From: Acidobacteriota bacterium
GTDB lineage: Bacteria; Acidobacteriota; Vicinamibacteria; Vicinamibacterales; SCN-69-37
Reading direction: 5' to 3'
NCBI GenBank assembly: GCA_020853395.1
Contig: JADYYY010000011.1
Location: 362,166-426,165 of the forward strand
Length of the DNA: 64,000 nucleotides
Numbering within the stretch: the stretch's first letter is position 1; every line of letters begins with the position of its first letter. This document shows, in pieces, positions 59,694 to 64,000 of this stretch. The notes beneath the pieces are model-generated. The model did not search any database, had not been told where the DNA came from, and worked only from the letters and a program-made list of their open reading frames with translations. The position numbers and the translations under genes are program-made.

Positions 59694-61847
59694 TCATGAC
59701 ACGTGCACGGCGGCGACTTCGTAATCCACCACCCGCGGGATCGTGAACGTGACCGAGGCCTCGTCGGCCCGGAACGGCACGGCCATCTCGGCCTTGAGCA
59801 GCTCGACGCGCGTCACGCGCCGGCCCGCCGAGAGCCGCAGGCGCACTTCCTGCGCGCCGATGGGGAAGAACTCGCGGATCGTCCCTTTGTGCATCGCCGG
59901 GTTCGTGTAGTTGAGCACGTGAACGCTGAAACCGGGCCGCGTCTCCCAGACGAACGTCTCGATCACGCCCGGCCCCGCGATCGTCGCGGGCGCGTCATCG
60001 TGCGACACCCATCGGACGGCGTTCTGCACGAGCCGCGTGAGGTCCGTGTGGCCGGTGCGCCAGAGCGTCCGCTCCACGTCGCCCGGGAAGTAGGCGGCGC
60101 GGCTGCGTCCGTTCTCGCGGAGCACGACGGCCGGCTCGGTCGTGCGCGCCGGATCCGGGTACGACAGCTCGGGCGGATACGCGACGTAGCCGGGCACGAC
60201 GGTGAGGACCGGTGGATCGGCCGATCCGGTCACGGCGACCGGGATGCGGTACTCGGCGCCGGGCACGAGCGACGTGCCGGTGAACCCCGCGACGAGCGCG
60301 TGCGGCCGCTCGATCCGGCCCATGTACGCGTTGCCCGTCGTGCCGACGAGGTCGCCCGCTCTGCGAATGCCGAGGACGTCGGCGAGGCCGAAATCGGCTC
60401 GACGTTCGTTCCGCTCGGTGAAGAGGCTCGTTTGGAACGTCGCGAGGAGCGAGCCGCCGCGATCGACGAACGCGCGGATCTGCCGGCACTGCTCGTCGCT
60501 GATCACCGCGACGTTCGGCAGGATCAGCGTCGAGTACTTCGCCAGCTCCGGCGCCGACAGCTTGTCCTCGTGGACGAAGTCGAAGAGGAAGCGGCCCTCG
60601 AGCAGCGCGTAGTAGAGGCCGCTCATGTGCTGCGCCATCGTCGATCCGGGCGGCGGCTGATGGAACAGGTGCGTGCGCTGCCCCATGACGACGCCGATTG
60701 ACGCGACCGAGCGGGTGTTGACGAAGTGCTCGTCGTGCCGGGCCATCCAGTTGAAGTACTGCCGTGCCGGATCGAGCGCGCGGCGATCCTCGCCAAGGCC
60801 GGTCTCGCCGCCGATGATGTGGTGATACGGCACCATCCCGGACGCGAGCGTCTCGTTCATCCACATCTGCGCTTCGGGAAGCGACTTGTGGACGTTGCGC
60901 CAGCGCGGGCTGCCGGTGGACCAGGCGCCCGTCACGTTGGTCGCCATCTTCCCGGACTGCACGGCCTGACAGACGCGCCCCTGCATCGCGCAGCCCCAAA
61001 TCGGCGCATCGTCGCCGCCCCGTCCCTGGTTGTCGCATTGGAACCACTCGCACAGCTTGCCGAGCTCGACGAGGTTGGCCGAGGAGCGGATGCCGCCGCC
61101 CAGGTTCGCGAAGTAGAAGTTCGACGGGTGCTTCTCCTTCGCGATGCCGTCGTACAGCTTCCACAGCATGACGGTCCGCTCGTTGAACGCCTCCCAGTAA
61201 GCGAGCGAGCCCGGCGGCGGCAGCGTCCGGCAGACGTCGCACCGGCAGGTGGGGAGCGATCCGAGCGGCGGCCAGGCGTTCGTGAAGAGACCGTCGACGT
61301 CGTAGCGCGCGTTGATCTCCTTCATGATCGCGACCATGTAGTCGGTCATGTACGTGGAGAACATGCACGTGCGGAAGAGGCGGGGATCCTCCGTGTGGCG
61401 AACGACCGCGCCTTGGGCGTTGCGCTGGAACCACTCGGGATGCGCCGCGACCGCGTCTTCCCAGTTGAGGTCCGGGCTCATGCGCGCGATCACGTGGATG
61501 CCGCGCTTCTTCGCCGCCGCGCAGCAGTCGCCGAAGAAGTCGCGCGTGCCGAGGTACTTGCCCTTCCGATGGAACGGGACGTTCGTCTGGTAGAACGCGA
61601 GAATGCCCGTGACCGAGACGAGCACGGCGTCCACCTTCAGGCTCGCCCAGTAGTCGGCCCACGCCTCGACGTCGAGCACGAGCGGATCGTGCTCGGTCAT
61701 GTTGAGCTGGCCGAGCCGGCGGATCGTTCGGGCCCACGGCGTCACGGCGCCCGTGGCGATGGTCTGCGCGCGCACCGCAGCCGGCGCCGCGCTCGACAAT
61801 GCCGCGGCGGCTGGCAGGATGAGCAGCTCCCGTCGACTGAGATCCAT
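59694..61847 (-). CDS. Tat-signal putative glycoside hydrolase-like protein (GHL6 / GH42-related TIM barrel plus glutamine-amidotransferase-like trimerisation domain)
   Basis: MDLSRRELLILPAAAAL is a Tat-type signal. GIHVIARMSPD, HPEWF and DGLFTNAWPP resemble the hypothetical-glycosyl-hydrolase-6 pattern. A conserved Cys cluster (CRCDVC) follows. The family call is from memory and only moderately supported. Confidence 0.65.
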   Translation of the reverse strand: MDLSRRELLILPAAAALSSAAPAAVRAQTIATGAVTPWARTIRRLGQLNMTEHDPLVLDVEAWADYWASLKVDAVLVSVTGILAFYQTNVPFHRKGKYLGTRDFFGDCCAAAKKRGIHVIARMSPDLNWEDAVAAHPEWFQRNAQGAVVRHTEDPRLFRTCMFSTYMTDYMVAIMKEINARYDVDGLFTNAWPPLGSLPTCRCDVCRTLPPPGSLAYWEAFNERTVMLWKLYDGIAKEKHPSNFYFANLGGGIRSSANLVELGKLCEWFQCDNQGRGGDDAPIWGCAMQGRVCQAVQSGKMATNVTGAWSTGSPRWRNVHKSLPEAQMWMNETLASGMVPYHHIIGGETGLGEDRRALDPARQYFNWMARHDEHFVNTRSVASIGVVMGQRTHLFHQPPPGSTMAQHMSGLYYALLEGRFLFDFVHEDKLSAPELAKYSTLILPNVAVISDEQCRQIRAFVDRGGSLLATFQTSLFTERNERRADFGLADVLGIRRAGDLVGTTGNAYMGRIERPHALVAGFTGTSLVPGAEYRIPVAVTGSADPPVLTVVPGYVAYPPELSYPDPARTTEPAVVLRENGRSRAAYFPGDVERTLWRTGHTDLTRLVQNAVRWVSHDDAPATIAGPGVIETFVWETRPGFSVHVLNYTNPAMHKGTIREFFPIGAQEVRLRLSAGRRVTRVELLKAEMAVPFRADEASVTFTIPRVVDYEVAAVHVS

Positions 61848-61926
61848 GCGCCCTCCGCGTGTGGGGAGCGCCCATCATACGGCAGGTCGCGCCGATGACA
61901 GCGGGTCCGGCGGGGGATAATTCCCC

Positions 61927-62712
61927 ATGCGATGCTGCCACGCACGACGTCGACGGGTCGTCCGCGCCCTCTTTCTCATCGCTGCCGCGGCCGCCTGCGG
62001 CTCGACCTCGACGACGACGCCGACCACGCCGGCGCAGGACGTGCGGCGTCCGCGCGTGCTGATGCTCACCGCCACCGCGGGCTTTCGGCACGAGGCGATC
62101 GACACCGCGCGGCTCGTGATGCCCGGCCTCGTCGCCTCCACGGGCGCGTTCACGGTGACGATGACCGAGGACCTGGAAGTGCTGCAGGCGGCGACGCTGT
62201 CGACCTACGACGTGCTGATGTTCGCGCTGACGAGCGGCGATCTGGCGCTGCGGCCGGATCAGAAGCAGGCCCTGCTCGACTTCGTGCGCGGCGGCGGCGG
62301 CTTCATCGGCGTGCACAGCGCCACCGATACGCTTTACGGCTGGCCCGAGTACGGCGACATGCTCGGGGCGTACTTCAAGGAGCATCCCTGGACCCGCCAG
62401 GCGACCGTCATCGTCGAGAACACGACGCATCCGGCGACGGCCGGGCTGGGCGCGTCGTTCGCGATCACCGACGAGTTCTACACGTTCCGCGAGAACCCAC
62501 GCCCGCGAGTGCAGACGCTGCTGAGCCTGGACGCCGCCTCGGTTGGCGCCACCGGCGACTATCCGCTCGCCTGGGTGCGCGAGTACGGCAGAGGCCGCGT
62601 GTACTACAACGCGCTCGGGCACTTCGCCGCGACGTGGAGCGACCCGCGGTTCCAGCGCCAGATCAGCGGGGCAATCGCTTGGGCCGGCGCTGGGGCCGCC
62701 TCGGGAAACTGA
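61927..62712 (+). CDS. ThuA domain-containing protein, probable lipoprotein
   Basis: RVLMLTATAGFRHEAI, GGGFIGVHSATDT, WPEYGDMLGAYF, THPAT, DEFYTF and PLAWVREYGRGRVYYNALGH are typical ThuA motifs. The signal contains AAAACGS. Confidence 0.85.
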   Translation: MRCCHARRRRVVRALFLIAAAAACGSTSTTTPTTPAQDVRRPRVLMLTATAGFRHEAIDTARLVMPGLVASTGAFTVTMTEDLEVLQAATLSTYDVLMFALTSGDLALRPDQKQALLDFVRGGGGFIGVHSATDTLYGWPEYGDMLGAYFKEHPWTRQATVIVENTTHPATAGLGASFAITDEFYTFRENPRPRVQTLLSLDAASVGATGDYPLAWVREYGRGRVYYNALGHFAATWSDPRFQRQISGAIAWAGAGAASGN

Positions 62713-62791
62713 GTCGGTCCCGCGGTCGCCGACAGTCTGGGCGATGCGTCTTCACCGATGTCGAGCGGAAGATGACCGGGCGTGAGGCGCG

Positions 62792-64000
62792 GTGAAGGCG
62801 CAGCACGATCCGGTGGCGGTGCTGGGCGCCGGGATCATGGGCACCTGTACGGCGCTTTGGCTGGCGCGCCGCGGCGTGCCCGCGGTGGTGTTCGACGAAG
62901 CGGCCGCGCCGCTCTCGGGTGCCAGCCGCTGGAACGAAGGCAAGATCCATCTGGGATATCTCTACGCCGCCGCGCCGTCGCTCGACACCGCGCGCGTGCT
63001 GATTCCAGGCGGCCTCGCGTTCAAGCCGCTCGTCCAGGAGCTCATCGGCGCCGATCTCGAGCCGGCGACCACGGGCGAGGACGACCTCTACCTCGTGCAT
63101 CGCGAGAGCGTGATCGGGGCCGACGCCGCCGAACGCCACTACGAGTCCACCGCGGCGATCGTGCGAGCGCACGCCGGCGCGTCCGCTTACCTTGCGGACG
63201 CGCGCGCTTCGCGCGTCGTCCGCCTGTCGGGGCGTGAGTTGGATCGGCTGGCGGAGGGCGCGATCGTCGAGGCGGGATTCCGCGTGCTCGAACGATCGGT
63301 ATTCACCGCATGGGTGGCGGATCGGCTCGCGGCGGCGCTTGGCGCCGACCCTCTCGTCTCGCTGGCGCTGGAGCATCGAGTCACCGACGTCGTCTCGGTC
63401 ACGGGTGACCGCGAAGGTCCATGGCGGGTGCACGCGAACGGCGTCGCCTTCGGTCCGTTCCGCCACGTCGTCAACGCGCTCTGGCACGGACGTCCGGCGA
63501 TCGATCGGCGCGTCGGAGACTGCGTCGATCGCGCGGTTCATCACCGGTACCGGGTCGCGCTGTTCGTTCGTACCGCCGTCCCGGTGACCGTGCCGAGCGC
63601 GATCGTCTGCGTCGGCCCCTACGGCGACGTGAAGAACTACACCGGCCGGGACTTCTACGTGTCGTGGTATCCGGCCGGCCTGCTCGCGAGCGGCGACGGG
63701 ATCGTGCCTCCGCCCACGCCGCAGATCGATGCCGATCGCCAGCGCGCGATCGTGTCGGACGTCTTCGACGGGCTCGGCCGGATCCTGCCCGGCGTGCGTG
63801 AGATTCGCGAACGGGCCACGTCGCTGGCGGTCGAAGGGGGCTGGGTGTACGCCCAGGGCCACGGCACGCTGGACGACCCGCGTTCGACGCTCCACCGCCG
63901 CGATCACCTGGGCATCAAGTGGTTCGGCACGTACGCGTCGGTCGACACGGGCAAGTACTCGGTCGCACCGTACCTGGCGCGCGACCTGGCGAGCCGGATC
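62792..64000 (+). CDS. FAD-dependent oxidoreductase, 3'-truncated by the window end (not in the supplied ORF track)
   Basis: The GTG at 62792 follows GAGG, and there is an in-frame stop at 62783-62785. My translation is VKAQHDPVAVLGAGIMGTCTALWLARRGVPAVVFDE, a Rossmann GxGxxG plus acidic residue. The frame stays open for 403 codons to position 64000 with high third-position GC and normal composition. Confidence 0.7.
   Translation, partial: MKAQHDPVAVLGAGIMGTCTALWLARRGVPAVVFDEAAAPLSGASRWNEGKIHLGYLYAAAPSLDTARVLIPGGLAFKPLVQELIGADLEPATTGEDDLYLVHRESVIGADAAERHYESTAAIVRAHAGASAYLADARASRVVRLSGRELDRLAEGAIVEAGFRVLERSVFTAWVADRLAAALGADPLVSLALEHRVTDVVSVTGDREGPWRVHANGVAFGPFRHVVNALWHGRPAIDRRVGDCVDRAVHHRYRVALFVRTAVPVTVPSAIVCVGPYGDVKNYTGRDFYVSWYPAGLLASGDGIVPPPTPQIDADRQRAIVSDVFDGLGRILPGVREIRERATSLAVEGGWVYAQGHGTLDDPRSTLHRRDHLGIKWFGTYASVDTGKYSVAPYLARDLASRI

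Noticed and set aside
56409-62622. Long ORFs 56409..59432 (plus, 1007 aa) and 59995..62622 (minus, 875 aa)
   Set aside because: They are shadow frames opposite or offset to the PQQ-like, GHL6-like and ThuA genes. Composition is dominated by Arg, Ala, Gly, Asp and Pro.

Overview
This is a 64 kb window of very GC-rich (roughly 70%) bacterial chromosome, densely coding on both strands. I call 51 protein-coding regions (two are cut by the window edges and one is frameshifted), one tRNA-Leu(GAG), one good intrinsic terminator and one weak one. I saw no rRNA, CRISPR array, transposase, integrase or prophage genes. Most of the long ORFs in the supplied track are Arg/Ala/Gly/Pro-rich antisense shadow ORFs, which are typical of high-GC DNA, and I rejected them. 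Several track ORFs are also two genes fused, or real genes with false N-terminal extensions, and I split or trimmed those.

Three gene families point to an Acidobacteriota-like genome: a VWFA-related protein of the acidobacterial type, and a PadR regulator followed by a duplicated orphan permease (ADOP). I recognise these families from memory, not from a search. Many products carry twin-arginine or Sec/lipoprotein signals, so the window encodes a large exported proteome. That proteome includes DUF1080/FG-GAP proteins, PQQ-like propellers, ThuA, PmoA-like, xylose-isomerase-like TIM barrel and SGNH proteins, and esterases.

Housekeeping and metabolic genes include ackA-xfp (phosphoketolase pathway), mprF, an IorAB-like molybdoenzyme, an M13 peptidase, an MFS transporter and a NamZ-like DUF1343 protein.

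The best candidate for an undescribed system is a translationally coupled minus-strand operon at 18416-26332. It encodes, in order, a secreted protein, a class-V PLP enzyme, a sulfotransferase, a P450, a fatty acyl-AMP ligase and a carrier-plus-condensation protein. It has no adenylation, ketosynthase or thioesterase domain. I interpret it as an orphan pathway for a sulfated or sulfur-modified N- or O-acyl lipid.

The second candidate is a PadR-DNA-binding::PP2C/SpoIIE phosphatase fusion that is start/stop-coupled to a canonical PadR-ADOP permease pair (46230-50407).

All family assignments come from motif reading and recall. No database search was possible.
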